Shown: positions 43,862-52,763 of the stretch, in pieces
Numbering within the stretch: position 1 is the first letter of the stretch
Layout: the number at the start of each line of letters is the position of its first letter
DNA from: Candidatus Nomurabacteria bacterium
GTDB lineage: Bacteria; Patescibacteriota; Minisyncoccia; Phycocordibacterales; UBA5272
Direction of reading: 5' to 3'
Assembly (NCBI GenBank): GCA_040376695.1
Contig: JBEIQD010000002.1
Span: forward strand, 114,436 to 178,435
DNA: 64,000 nucleotides
The notes under the pieces: model-generated
Database searches by the model: none
Seen by the model: only the letters and a program-made list of their open reading frames with translations
What the model was told of the DNA's origin: nothing
Translations under genes and position numbers: made by a program

Positions 43862-44782
43862 ATGCCCGAGCTTCCAGAAGTACACACAACCGTAACAGGA
43901 CTCCAAAGCGTCTTACCAGAATTATCCATTACAGATGTTTGGACAGATATGTGGAGTGCTGCTCGCCTTTCTAAAAACACGATTAAGGATCGTAGCTATT
44001 TCCCGTACTTCAAAAAGTACGCGCTCAACACACCGGTGAAACAGATTCGTCGTCGAGCAAAACATATTCTTATTGATTTCGAGAATGGCTTCACAATGAT
44101 TATTCATATGAAGATGACGGGGCATTTAATGTACGGAACATACAAACAAAATAAGAACTATGATGGGCGTCAGTGGCCATGGATTCCCGTAGATAAAGAT
44201 TCCCCGCTTAATGATCCATACAACCGCCACATCCATGTTGTGTTCACTTTATCTAATGGTTACCAACTCGCATTTTGTGATTCAAGAAAATTTGGAACCA
44301 TTGTTATAGAAAAAACTGACACGTTACACATAGATCGATTAGCACATCTCGGCCCTGAGCCTCTTGAAACGTCATTCACACTGAACAACTTCAAAGAACG
44401 CTTAATGAAATCCCCTGCTCGAGCAATTAAAACAGTGCTTATGGATCAGTCCATCATTGCAGGAATTGGAAATATTTATTCTGATGAAATGCTTCATCGT
44501 GCACATGTCCTACCAACACGTACAGCTAAGAGTCTTTCCCCTTCAGAGGACAGGTTGTTATTTACATCCATGAAAGCAGTTCTTTCAAAAGGAATAGATT
44601 TTGGCGGAGACAGCACAAGTGACTATAGAAACATTAAAGGTGAACGCGGAGCATTTCACGAGAACCATCAAGTTTACTTACGAACAAAAGAAAAATGCCT
44701 CACAAAAAATTGTAAAGGCATTATTGAAAAACAAACCATCGGTGGGCGTAGCGCTCACTTCTGTCGAGTGTGTCAGAAATAA
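43862..44782 (+). CDS. fpg: formamidopyrimidine-DNA glycosylase (Fpg/Nei family)
   Basis: N-terminal MPELPEV. C-terminal zinc finger CRVCQK. Confidence 0.85.
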   Translation: MPELPEVHTTVTGLQSVLPELSITDVWTDMWSAARLSKNTIKDRSYFPYFKKYALNTPVKQIRRRAKHILIDFENGFTMIIHMKMTGHLMYGTYKQNKNYDGRQWPWIPVDKDSPLNDPYNRHIHVVFTLSNGYQLAFCDSRKFGTIVIEKTDTLHIDRLAHLGPEPLETSFTLNNFKERLMKSPARAIKTVLMDQSIIAGIGNIYSDEMLHRAHVLPTRTAKSLSPSEDRLLFTSMKAVLSKGIDFGGDSTSDYRNIKGERGAFHENHQVYLRTKEKCLTKNCKGIIEKQTIGGRSAHFCRVCQK

Positions 44783-44791
44783 ATAACAGAT

Positions 44792-45307
44792 TCACACGAA
44801 GAAGCAGTCGTCCAAACCTTCCTCTTTGAGAGGTTTACCTGTGTGCTGTTGTCCGACCACGCTGCAGTAATAGCCTCTTTCTGCTTGAGGCAGCAGATCC
44901 TTTTCTGGATCCCAGTACACAGGAATCCTTTGCGTAATGAGTCTTGGTGTAAGATTAGCAGGATGAATACCGTGCTTACCGTAAAACACCCACCTTTCTT
45001 CAATTCCTTTCTTTGGTCTACAGTTTCGTTTCAAATAATCAAAAGCAAAGGCAGAAGAAAGGGAGTGCTCACCCCAAGAGCGTGCGGTCATCCCCACCTC
45101 AACACCACAATCGTGTGCTGGCGAGTTCATCAAGCGAGACCTCACCACCACAGCCTTTTTTAATTTGTCCCAGGAAAGCACCATGCCGTAGCCCACATAC
45201 CAGTGCCTGAAATAGAAAATCCAAGAAAAAACAGCGATAGTCACACAGGCCATCACGATGAAAAGGGCGAGTTGGTACGAATCGTTAAAGTTGTAAAAAG
45301 AACCCAT
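44792..45307 (-). CDS. hypothetical membrane-anchored protein
   Basis: 171 aa with an N-terminal TM helix. Confidence 0.35.
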   Translation of the reverse strand: MGSFYNFNDSYQLALFIVMACVTIAVFSWIFYFRHWYVGYGMVLSWDKLKKAVVVRSRLMNSPAHDCGVEVGMTARSWGEHSLSSAFAFDYLKRNCRPKKGIEERWVFYGKHGIHPANLTPRLITQRIPVYWDPEKDLLPQAERGYYCSVVGQQHTGKPLKEEGLDDCFFV

Positions 45308-45528
45308 GAGAAACTCCTTGTAATTGGTTTACCTAAACACTACTCCACATTCTGCCAATATGCAAAAAGCTGTATACTCATAGACATGGGAACACTTCTT
45401 AAAATATTCGTAGGGTTCTGGGTCATCTGGATTATCTGGTACATCACGGGCGGACCTCTTCGTGATGACAAAACAAAACCTTTTGTACGGTTTAACGAAA
45501 CAGGACAAATAGAAACAGTTGGGAGATA

Positions 45529-45567
45529 AAAATAAACACCTCGTATAATGCGAGGTGTTTATTTTTA
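45529..45567. terminator. hairpin terminator
   Basis: aaataaacacctcgtataatgcgaggtgtttattttt. Confidence 0.7.
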
Positions 45568-45571
45568 TCTG

Positions 45572-45644
45572 TGCCCCCAGAAGGGATCGAACCTTCGACC
45601 GTCTGCTTAAAAGGCAGCTGCTCTACCGACTGAGCTATAGGGAC
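45572..45644 (-). tRNA. tRNA-Lys (anticodon TTT)
   Basis: Acceptor GTCCCTA/TGGGGGC. D-arm GCTC-AGTCGGTA-GAGC. Anticodon loop CTTTTAA. T-arm GAAGG-TTCGATC-CCTTC. Confidence 0.8.
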
Positions 45645-45688
45645 ATTGGTTGCTCTATCCTAGCAAAAATATGGGAATACTTCAAAGT

Positions 45689-46318
45689 CTAGATTGAAAG
45701 GATAATACTTTCCAGTTCCACTTTCAAATCCCTCTCCCCTCGGTGAGCCAAGATACTCGCTCGTAAAATCCTCCCTCCGAAGACTTCACATTCCTCTACT
45801 GTAAACTTTCCTGGGCGACCAGAACGAATATCTAACCACACAGTTCCGAACTTCCACTGAAGTGCACCAGCAATTGCTTCTGGAGATTCTACGTCTCGTA
45901 ATTTCATCCACTCAATCCATACCGCCTTCTTATCACGCCGAGCAAATGCCGTTGCTAAAGCAAACGGAGTTACCTCAACACCTTTTTCCTCTCGTGCGTC
46001 GTATATCGTATTGGCATACTTCTCTATTTTTTTCATTCTATTGGCATCTGCAAACGGTTCATCAATAACAAAAATATTTTGTGACTCTTTCATTGAAGGG
46101 AGTAAGTCGTACACATGTTCTCGAGCATCTGCTTTTTCTAACACCTGAATAAGATGAGCAATAACGGTATCACCAAATAAGCTTGTTGCTTCAACAAGTG
46201 GCGCTAATTGATATATCTGTTCTGCATAAATATGCGCCGAAGGAGTTCCAAGCTTTGCTATCTGCACTAAGGCCTTTTCTCTTTTTTTTGCATCCGTACC
46301 AATGAGAGCGTATATCAT
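45689..46318 (-). CDS. DNA polymerase III delta-subunit-like protein (HolA-like, short)
   Basis: 209 aa with a clamp-loader-like alpha/beta pattern and no Walker A. The assignment is tentative. Confidence 0.35.
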   Translation of the reverse strand: MIYALIGTDAKKREKALVQIAKLGTPSAHIYAEQIYQLAPLVEATSLFGDTVIAHLIQVLEKADAREHVYDLLPSMKESQNIFVIDEPFADANRMKKIEKYANTIYDAREEKGVEVTPFALATAFARRDKKAVWIEWMKLRDVESPEAIAGALQWKFGTVWLDIRSGRPGKFTVEECEVFGGRILRASILAHRGERDLKVELESIILSI

Positions 46319-46323
46319 AGTTC

Positions 46324-48663
46324 TTAAATAGCCTGCAGATTACTTCCAAGTGTACGAGAAACAACGAGTGGTAATGTTGAAAGATTTCTCTTCTTGAGAA
46401 CATTCTCAAGCACGGACACAAGTTGATCAGCAACAGATTCAGCAACTTCTTTTTCAATTTCAAATACAAGTTCATCATGGATTTGAATAACAAGCTTCAC
46501 TTTATCAGTCAGCCCCTTTTCAACAAGATATTCATGAGCATCAAGCATTGCAAGTTTAAGAATATCCGCAGACGTTCCTTGAATCGGAGCGTTAATAGCA
46601 ATTCTCTCCCCTTGCGCACGCAAGAATGGTAATGGGCTTTTAAGAAGAGGAACTTCGCGGCGGCGTCCGAGAATTGTTTCTGTATAACCATGCTTCCACG
46701 CAAACGCTTTTACTTCTTCCAAGTATTCCATCAATCGAACAAACGTTACTTTATACTGATCATAAAATTCCTGAGCTTCTGCACGTTCAACCTTCATCCC
46801 TTCTTTAAGGGCGGTGACTCCCATGCCGTACAAAATTCCGAAGTTAATTGCCTTCGCTTTTCTTCGCATGTCAGGTGTTACCTCTGACTCTTTCACATTA
46901 AACACACGTGCCGCCGTACCTGTATGAACGTCTATGTTATTTGCAAATATTTCTACAAGATGTGGATCGCCGGAAAGCATTGCAGCGGCACGGAGGTCGA
47001 TCTGAGCATAGTCACACGAGAGGAGAACTTTTCCCTTTGATGCCACAAATGCTTCACGAACCTTTTGCCCTAGCTCACTCTTGATTGGAAGGTTCTGCAG
47101 GTTTGGATCTTCACAACTAAACCTCCCTGTCCCTGCCCCTGTTTGAATAAAGTGCGCATGTATTCTTCCGTCTTCTTTTACATACTGCGGGAGTGAATCA
47201 ATATATGTTGAAAGAAGTTTCATCATTTCTCTATATGTTGAAATCTTGTCCACGATTGGGTGTTCATCTCTAATCTTTTCAAGCTCTGTTGCGTTTGTGC
47301 TCTTTGCTCCTGTTGCGGTCTTTTTAATTTTTGTTCCAAGGTTAAGTTTCTCGTATAACACTTCGCTTAGTTGTTTTGGTGAACCAATATTAAATTCCAC
47401 ACCAGCAAGCGTATAAATTTCTTTTTCCAATTTCTTCACCTCAATATGAAGATGCTCACTTAACACTTTAAGTTCTTTTACATCGAGCATGATTCCATTG
47501 ACTTCCATATCTCGAATTCGAGGCATGAGAGGTTGCTCTACATCAACAAAGAGCGGCCACAATTTTTCTCGTTTCAATTCTTCTTCAAGATACGCCTTCA
47601 TCTCTGCTGCAGTCTTTTTACCCGTAACATTTTGAATATCAATAACTGAAGCATTAGTCATTTCACTATGAAGAAGATGAACCATGACTCGCAGTTCTTC
47701 TAAATCATCAAATGCCACTTCAACTTTCGCTTCCTCTACTGCTTCAGGAGCCCCTCTCATTCTTTCGAGTTTGCTTCTAAGAGATCTAAACTCATACTTA
47801 TCACACATAGCTTCATACTGGGAGATGTCTATACTTTCAAGCCATGGCGTTTCAGGCTTTTGATATTCGCACGGCGCATCTCTCCTGATAGTGGCCAACG
47901 TTTTAGAAAATAAAGCCTCCTCTTCCCCTTCTTCTACAAGCTTTACTATTCGCTCCTTAAACCCATCCAAAAGTAACTGTTCGCGTTTCTTCTTGAGCTG
48001 TTTATAAATACCTTCAATTTCACCATACCTCTTAATGAGCTCGGTAGCTGTCTTGTCTCCGATACCTTTAATACCAATAATATTATCCGATGGGTCTCCA
48101 GCCAGTCCTTTGTAATCAGGAATACGTTCTGGGCCAAAACCAAAACGATCAATAACAGCTTGCTCGTTGTAAAGAATTGTTTCAGTGCCTTTTCTCATGG
48201 TGTACACCGTCACACGATCATCATCCACAAGCTGTAATGTATCCATGTCCCCTGACGCAATAATAATACGTGTATCTTTTTCTTTTTTTAACTGCTCTGC
48301 AATTGTTCCTAATAAGTCATCAGCCTCAAAACCTTCGCATTCATATAAAGGAATTGAAAGCGCCTTACAAAGATTTCTTGATTCTTTGATTTGCTCAATG
48401 AGTGCATCATCTGTTTTTGCGCGACCTGCTTTGTATCCTTCGTAACTTGTGTGACGAAATGTTGGCTTTGGTAAATCAAAACATGCAGCAATATAATCTG
48501 GTTGTATCTCTTCGAAAATTCTAAGGGTCATGGTGATAAATCCGTAGAGTGCCCCTGTTGGACGCCCATCATGCGTAGCAAATCCTGTCATAGCATGAAA
48601 ACCACGATGAAGAATTGCGTGTGCGTCGAGTAATACAATAGTTGTTCGTTTATCTTTCTTCAT
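46324..48663 (-). CDS. polA: DNA polymerase I (5'-3' exonuclease + polymerase; 3'-5' exonuclease region reduced)
   Basis: 779 aa with an N-terminal FEN domain. Polymerase motifs RRKAKAINFGILYGMG and QIHDELVFE. Confidence 0.95.
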   Translation of the reverse strand: MKKDKRTTIVLLDAHAILHRGFHAMTGFATHDGRPTGALYGFITMTLRIFEEIQPDYIAACFDLPKPTFRHTSYEGYKAGRAKTDDALIEQIKESRNLCKALSIPLYECEGFEADDLLGTIAEQLKKEKDTRIIIASGDMDTLQLVDDDRVTVYTMRKGTETILYNEQAVIDRFGFGPERIPDYKGLAGDPSDNIIGIKGIGDKTATELIKRYGEIEGIYKQLKKKREQLLLDGFKERIVKLVEEGEEEALFSKTLATIRRDAPCEYQKPETPWLESIDISQYEAMCDKYEFRSLRSKLERMRGAPEAVEEAKVEVAFDDLEELRVMVHLLHSEMTNASVIDIQNVTGKKTAAEMKAYLEEELKREKLWPLFVDVEQPLMPRIRDMEVNGIMLDVKELKVLSEHLHIEVKKLEKEIYTLAGVEFNIGSPKQLSEVLYEKLNLGTKIKKTATGAKSTNATELEKIRDEHPIVDKISTYREMMKLLSTYIDSLPQYVKEDGRIHAHFIQTGAGTGRFSCEDPNLQNLPIKSELGQKVREAFVASKGKVLLSCDYAQIDLRAAAMLSGDPHLVEIFANNIDVHTGTAARVFNVKESEVTPDMRRKAKAINFGILYGMGVTALKEGMKVERAEAQEFYDQYKVTFVRLMEYLEEVKAFAWKHGYTETILGRRREVPLLKSPLPFLRAQGERIAINAPIQGTSADILKLAMLDAHEYLVEKGLTDKVKLVIQIHDELVFEIEKEVAESVADQLVSVLENVLKKRNLSTLPLVVSRTLGSNLQAI

Positions 48664-49135
48664 AGGAAATAGTTATTTCGCGCACTGATTCATCTTGTAC
48701 TTTAAAATCAATTTCCATATCGGGGCGAACATACGTCATCTTTGACGGCCACTCGATAACAATGAGTGCACCTTCATCTTTAAGATCTTCGTCTAACCTC
48801 AACACCTTTGCTTCTTCTGGGGAGTTAAATCTATATGCATCTACATGGATTAATTTCTTAAACTTCGCATGTGTTCCTTTGTATTCCTTTTTAAGGATGA
48901 AGGTTGGACTGTGGACTGTGTGTGATTCTATCCCAAGAACACCTGCTAAGGATTTTGTGAAGGTTGTTTTTCCTGCACCCAAATCCCCTGTAAGCAAAAT
49001 AACAAAAGCCTTTTTCGTTGAACTGGCTGTGTGCATTTCGCTTAAGATAGTAGCGACCCTTTCAGAAAACTCTCCTAAGTCTTGTTCTGTAAGCAAAAAA
49101 ACCTCTTTCATTACCCCTATGATACCACGAAACAA
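48650..49135 (-). CDS. tsaE: tRNA t6A biosynthesis ATPase TsaE
   Basis: ILLTGDLGAGKTTFTK. Confidence 0.85.
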   Translation of the reverse strand: MFRGIIGVMKEVFLLTEQDLGEFSERVATILSEMHTASSTKKAFVILLTGDLGAGKTTFTKSLAGVLGIESHTVHSPTFILKKEYKGTHAKFKKLIHVDAYRFNSPEEAKVLRLDEDLKDEGALIVIEWPSKMTYVRPDMEIDFKVQDESVREITISYEER

Positions 49136-49195
49136 ACCGCCCTTTCGGGGCGGTTTGTTTATTCCTATCGGCTCACATAAGGCGTATGTAAGGGT

Positions 49196-51010
49196 TTAGT
49201 GTGATCCTTTTTTATCAGTTGAGTATGATGAGTACACACTGCGTCCAAGGATAAAGATGATGAAGAGGATTGCAATAAGAGCAAGCCATTCAACAAGAGA
49301 GTTTGGAAGGAATCCATGACCACTTGATGAACCAACCACCGTCTTTGAACCAGTGTCAGATTTAACATCTGATGAAGAGGCAACTGAACCAACAACGTAT
49401 GCTGTTACTTCATCCTCAACAGTAGTTCCCGGTACTGAGTAATTAGTGTATGCAGTTGTAACCATAGACTTACCAACCACTGCTTCCTTAGCTACTGTTC
49501 CTGTCCAATTGATACTCATTTCTCCGTATGGAGAAAGCGTAATATTTGAAACAGTAAGAACATGAGTAATAGGATCATAACTTCCAGCTGAAGCGTTTGT
49601 AAGAACAATCTCCTGTGGAATAGTTACCTTTGCAGTTACTCCTGTAAGCGCTGAGTCTGAAACGTTCTTAAGTGTAAGTTTGTAATTAACTACAGAGGAA
49701 GCTGTAAGATTTCCTGAAACCTTTTCAATCTGAAGAGAGATAAGTTTCTGTCCGTTGTTAATAATCTCAGATGCTGACTTTGAACCTACAGTTACGTATG
49801 TTCCATCAACACAGAGAACTTGGTTTGTCTTTGTTACTGTCTTAGTAACAGGAGACTTTACGATTGGTTTTACATACGTAACAGCTGTTGTCTTTGTAGT
49901 AAACGCTACAATCTCTCCCTTAACGACACCGTACTGGTTCTGCATTACTGCGCGACAGTAGTATGTTGTTCGTGGCTTAAGGTTTGTAAGAACGTTTGAG
50001 AATGGCGCTGTTGGAGATGATCCAATATTTGCCTTTGCTGTCTCACGTCCAAGGTTTGATGTCTCACCGTATTCGAACCATCCCGTTGACTGTGCACCTG
50101 AAGCAATAAGTCCGATTCCGTTACAACGAGCGCTTGTGAGTGTAATCTCAGTTGCTACTGATGTGATAACGTTATTAAACTTAATAGTCTGTGGAGGAAC
50201 ATATGGAACATATGTGTTTCCTACGTAACATGTCTGGTTAACTGGAATACTTGTTCCGTTAGCACACACTTTGTACTGTGCAGGACAAATTGAGTTAACA
50301 GAAATTCTTGATCCATCCCAACAAAGCTGTGTTGTAACTACTGGAGCAACAATTGTACGAGTACATGAACCATTGATTGGAGCCTGTCCATCAGAACAGA
50401 TTGTGTTTACGTTTGTAGGAATAACAGTAGTACGAGTACATCCTGTTGTTGGTGATGGGATAGTGCCATCAGAACAACGAGTAACTGTCGTAACTGGAAC
50501 CACAGGCTGAGTTACAACTGGCTGAGTGTAGGTTGGTTGCGTATATACAGGCTGAGTGTATGTAGGCTGTGTAGGGTATGAGTATGTTGAGTAGTTATAC
50601 CCTGTCCATGAAGGAGCTGAAGTATATGCAGGTGTTGTATAGTTATAATCGTATGTTGTTGCTGGGGTCACATAATTGTAATCGTATGTTGTACCACCAG
50701 TTGTTCCGTAATTATAGTCGTACGTTGTACCACCATAATTAGAATCATACGTAGTACCTGTACTACCGTAGTTGTAGTCATATGTTGTACCTCCGTAATT
50801 GTAATCGTAGGTATTTCCTCCCCCGTAATTATAGTCGTACGTTGTACCACCATAATTAGAATCATACGTAGTACCTGTACTACCGTAGTTGTAGTCATAT
50901 GTTGTACCTCCGTAATTGTAATCGTACACTTCCTGCGCCAAAACAGTCGCTGGAACAAGTTGTCCAACAAGAGAAAGGGTTAGGAGTGCTGTTAATATAA
51001 TTTTTTTCAT
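49196..51010 (-). CDS. repeat-rich cell-surface protein with C-terminal TM anchor
   Basis: Signal peptide. About 10 TTYDYNYGG repeats. TQPVYTQPTY repeats. Cys-paired repeats. DUF11-like Ig domains. C-terminal WLALIAILFIIFILG. Confidence 0.6.
   Translation of the reverse strand: MKKIILTALLTLSLVGQLVPATVLAQEVYDYNYGGTTYDYNYGSTGTTYDSNYGGTTYDYNYGGGNTYDYNYGGTTYDYNYGSTGTTYDSNYGGTTYDYNYGTTGGTTYDYNYVTPATTYDYNYTTPAYTSAPSWTGYNYSTYSYPTQPTYTQPVYTQPTYTQPVVTQPVVPVTTVTRCSDGTIPSPTTGCTRTTVIPTNVNTICSDGQAPINGSCTRTIVAPVVTTQLCWDGSRISVNSICPAQYKVCANGTSIPVNQTCYVGNTYVPYVPPQTIKFNNVITSVATEITLTSARCNGIGLIASGAQSTGWFEYGETSNLGRETAKANIGSSPTAPFSNVLTNLKPRTTYYCRAVMQNQYGVVKGEIVAFTTKTTAVTYVKPIVKSPVTKTVTKTNQVLCVDGTYVTVGSKSASEIINNGQKLISLQIEKVSGNLTASSVVNYKLTLKNVSDSALTGVTAKVTIPQEIVLTNASAGSYDPITHVLTVSNITLSPYGEMSINWTGTVAKEAVVGKSMVTTAYTNYSVPGTTVEDEVTAYVVGSVASSSDVKSDTGSKTVVGSSSGHGFLPNSLVEWLALIAILFIIFILGRSVYSSYSTDKKGSH
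50706..50926. repeat. near-perfect tandem DNA repeat (period 117 bp, 2 copies) inside the surface-protein gene
   Basis: ccgtaattatagtcgtacgttgtaccaccataattagaatcatacgtagtacctgtactaccgtagttgtagtcatatgttgtacctccgtaattgtaatcgta occurs at 50706 and again at 50823. Confidence 0.8.
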
Positions 51011-51073
51011 ACTTTTACTACTATTTATTAGTTCTCTAATTATATACTATATATCAACATTTGTCAATAGCAA

Positions 51074-51104
51074 TAAAAAAAACACCGCCTGAAGGGGCGG
51101 TGTT
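51074..51104 (-). terminator. rho-independent terminator
   Basis: aaacaccgccccttcaggcggtgtttttttt (minus strand). Confidence 0.7.
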
Positions 51105-51120
51105 TCGAGTGGTTCACTTT

Positions 51121-51756
51121 TTAGCGAGCCGGAGAGGTGGGGTAAACCTTCGACCAGATTTTGTCTTCCGGTTTTTGGCGGAAAGCAGCAACCTGCTGTT
51201 GTTCCCACAGAGGGCAGTTCACCGCGCCGTTTTCAACGCTGGTGCGAGCCTTTTCTTCACCTTTGATGCGGAAGATGCAGATATCCATCGGCTTTTGCAT
51301 CACAGCCGCACGTGCAGGTTCTGTGTAGACCGCCGCGTGAGCGGTGGCAGAACTTATCCGCGCGGTAGCAACAGCATAGGAACGCTGGGGTTTTGCATAC
51401 ACCAACTTCGGAGCTGGAGGGCGACAGGCTTTTGCAACCGCCTCAGTGACAATCGTTGTGCACTGAGCGATGGTGGCGCCCTCAATCACTTCGATTTTTT
51501 TGGGAGGCTGTTCCTTGAGGGTTCGCAGTTCGCCGGCCAGTTTCGTTTTCTCGGCCTCGAGAGCGCTGACCTGCTGGTTCAGTTCGTGAACTTTCATCGG
51601 ATTGCTGAAGATGGGGTATCCGAAGAGGAGCCCCATCAGCAACGCCATGACGCCAACAACGATGAGAATGGTTGTTGGCCACTTCTTTTCACCTTCAGGT
51701 TTTTTTGGTGCAGAAGATGGAGAAGCGACAGCGGAAGCAGAAGCGGTATCAGACAT
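51121..51756 (-). CDS. hypothetical membrane-anchored coiled-coil protein (GC-rich island)
   Basis: 211 aa with an N-terminal TM helix and a coiled-coil segment. GC is ~55%. Confidence 0.4.
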   Translation of the reverse strand: MSDTASASAVASPSSAPKKPEGEKKWPTTILIVVGVMALLMGLLFGYPIFSNPMKVHELNQQVSALEAEKTKLAGELRTLKEQPPKKIEVIEGATIAQCTTIVTEAVAKACRPPAPKLVYAKPQRSYAVATARISSATAHAAVYTEPARAAVMQKPMDICIFRIKGEEKARTSVENGAVNCPLWEQQQVAAFRQKPEDKIWSKVYPTSPAR

Positions 51757-51916
51757 GGTGAACTCCTTGTAAAAGACAATCTATGTTAACAACCATTGCT
51801 AACATTACAGATAATATTATATCAGTTTAAATTGACTTTGTCAAGTAATATTCTTCCCCTCCTATAAGAAAAACACCCGACGTAAAAGTCGGGTGTTGCT
51901 CATGTTTCCATGAGTT

Positions 51917-52576
51917 TTAACGGAGTCCGCGAGCCGAAGCTTCGCGTTGCTGCCATTCGTTGCAAATCTGCTTTGCTTCTTCGCGTTTGACAGAGAGAGG
52001 CAATTTGATTTCCGCAACAACGTTGCCGTTATTGCGGAGGCGACATGTGTCTTGATCGCCCGCTGCCGCAAAGGAGGTTTCCTGCAGTTGTGCTGCCGGC
52101 CGCTGACCTTGCGCAACAGCAAGCTGTTGTACGCCGCCATAGGTCGGATTGGCAAACTGTTGTGGTGCTTGTTGAACCACAACACGTTGCTGACCCTGGT
52201 TGCTCATCATCGGGCAGAAAAATCCGCCGGCGATATAGCCAAGGAAGCCGCCGTTTTCGGTGTTGCGTGCATCGTTGCCGCGATTGGCGCCGATGACGCG
52301 ACCCAGCCGTTCTGCCAGACCACCACACTGACCAGTGTTCCCCATGGGGACACCGACAGGATAGCTTGAGCCGTAGAAAGGCTGAGGGGCTTGCACCACA
52401 ACATTCTGACCACCGATGTAGCCACCGTTGTTTTGGGTGCACCACATGCCGTTGGTCAGAACCACCGGAGGCGAACCCGCAGGAATCATTCCGCTGTTGG
52501 GGTAGCAGACAGCCGAAGCCGACTGAACACCGCACAGAAAAGCAAAAGCTGCGAGAGTTTTGATAACCATGTTCAT
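51917..52576 (-). CDS. hypothetical secreted Gly/Gln-rich protein (GC-rich island)
   Basis: Signal peptide MNMVIKTLAAFAFLCGVQSASA. GC is ~55%. Confidence 0.4.
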   Translation of the reverse strand: MNMVIKTLAAFAFLCGVQSASAVCYPNSGMIPAGSPPVVLTNGMWCTQNNGGYIGGQNVVVQAPQPFYGSSYPVGVPMGNTGQCGGLAERLGRVIGANRGNDARNTENGGFLGYIAGGFFCPMMSNQGQQRVVVQQAPQQFANPTYGGVQQLAVAQGQRPAAQLQETSFAAAGDQDTCRLRNNGNVVAEIKLPLSVKREEAKQICNEWQQREASARGLR

Positions 52577-52763
52577 GATGAACTCCTTGAGATTGAAACG
52601 ATTTGAAAGGTACAACTGAGCGTTGATTTGATGGAACTAATTCCACCCTATCTAGCATGTATACAGTATACACTAAAATAGACTTTTGTCAAGCCCTTTT
52701 CTTTTAGTAAATAAGGGGCTCTATCCCCTCACTTTTATTCCAAAAGCCTTATATACTAAGGCC

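Noticed and set aside
45203-45529. 108-aa plus-strand ORF
   Set aside because: Its 5' half is antisense to the 44792..45307 gene. Only the 3' part (MGTLLKIFVGFWVIWIIWYITGG..., 45386-45529) is intergenic. It could be a small membrane peptide, but it has no clear RBS, so it was not called.
50668-50970. 100-aa ORF with internal repeats
   Set aside because: An alternative reading frame of the 117-bp tandem repeat within the real surface-protein gene.
52029-52673. 214-aa minus-strand ORF, and the 140-aa plus-strand ORF 51947..52369
   Set aside because: Alternative-frame or antisense ORFs in GC-rich DNA. The Arg/Cys/Ser-rich translation looks like junk. The frame with a signal peptide (51917..52576) was preferred.
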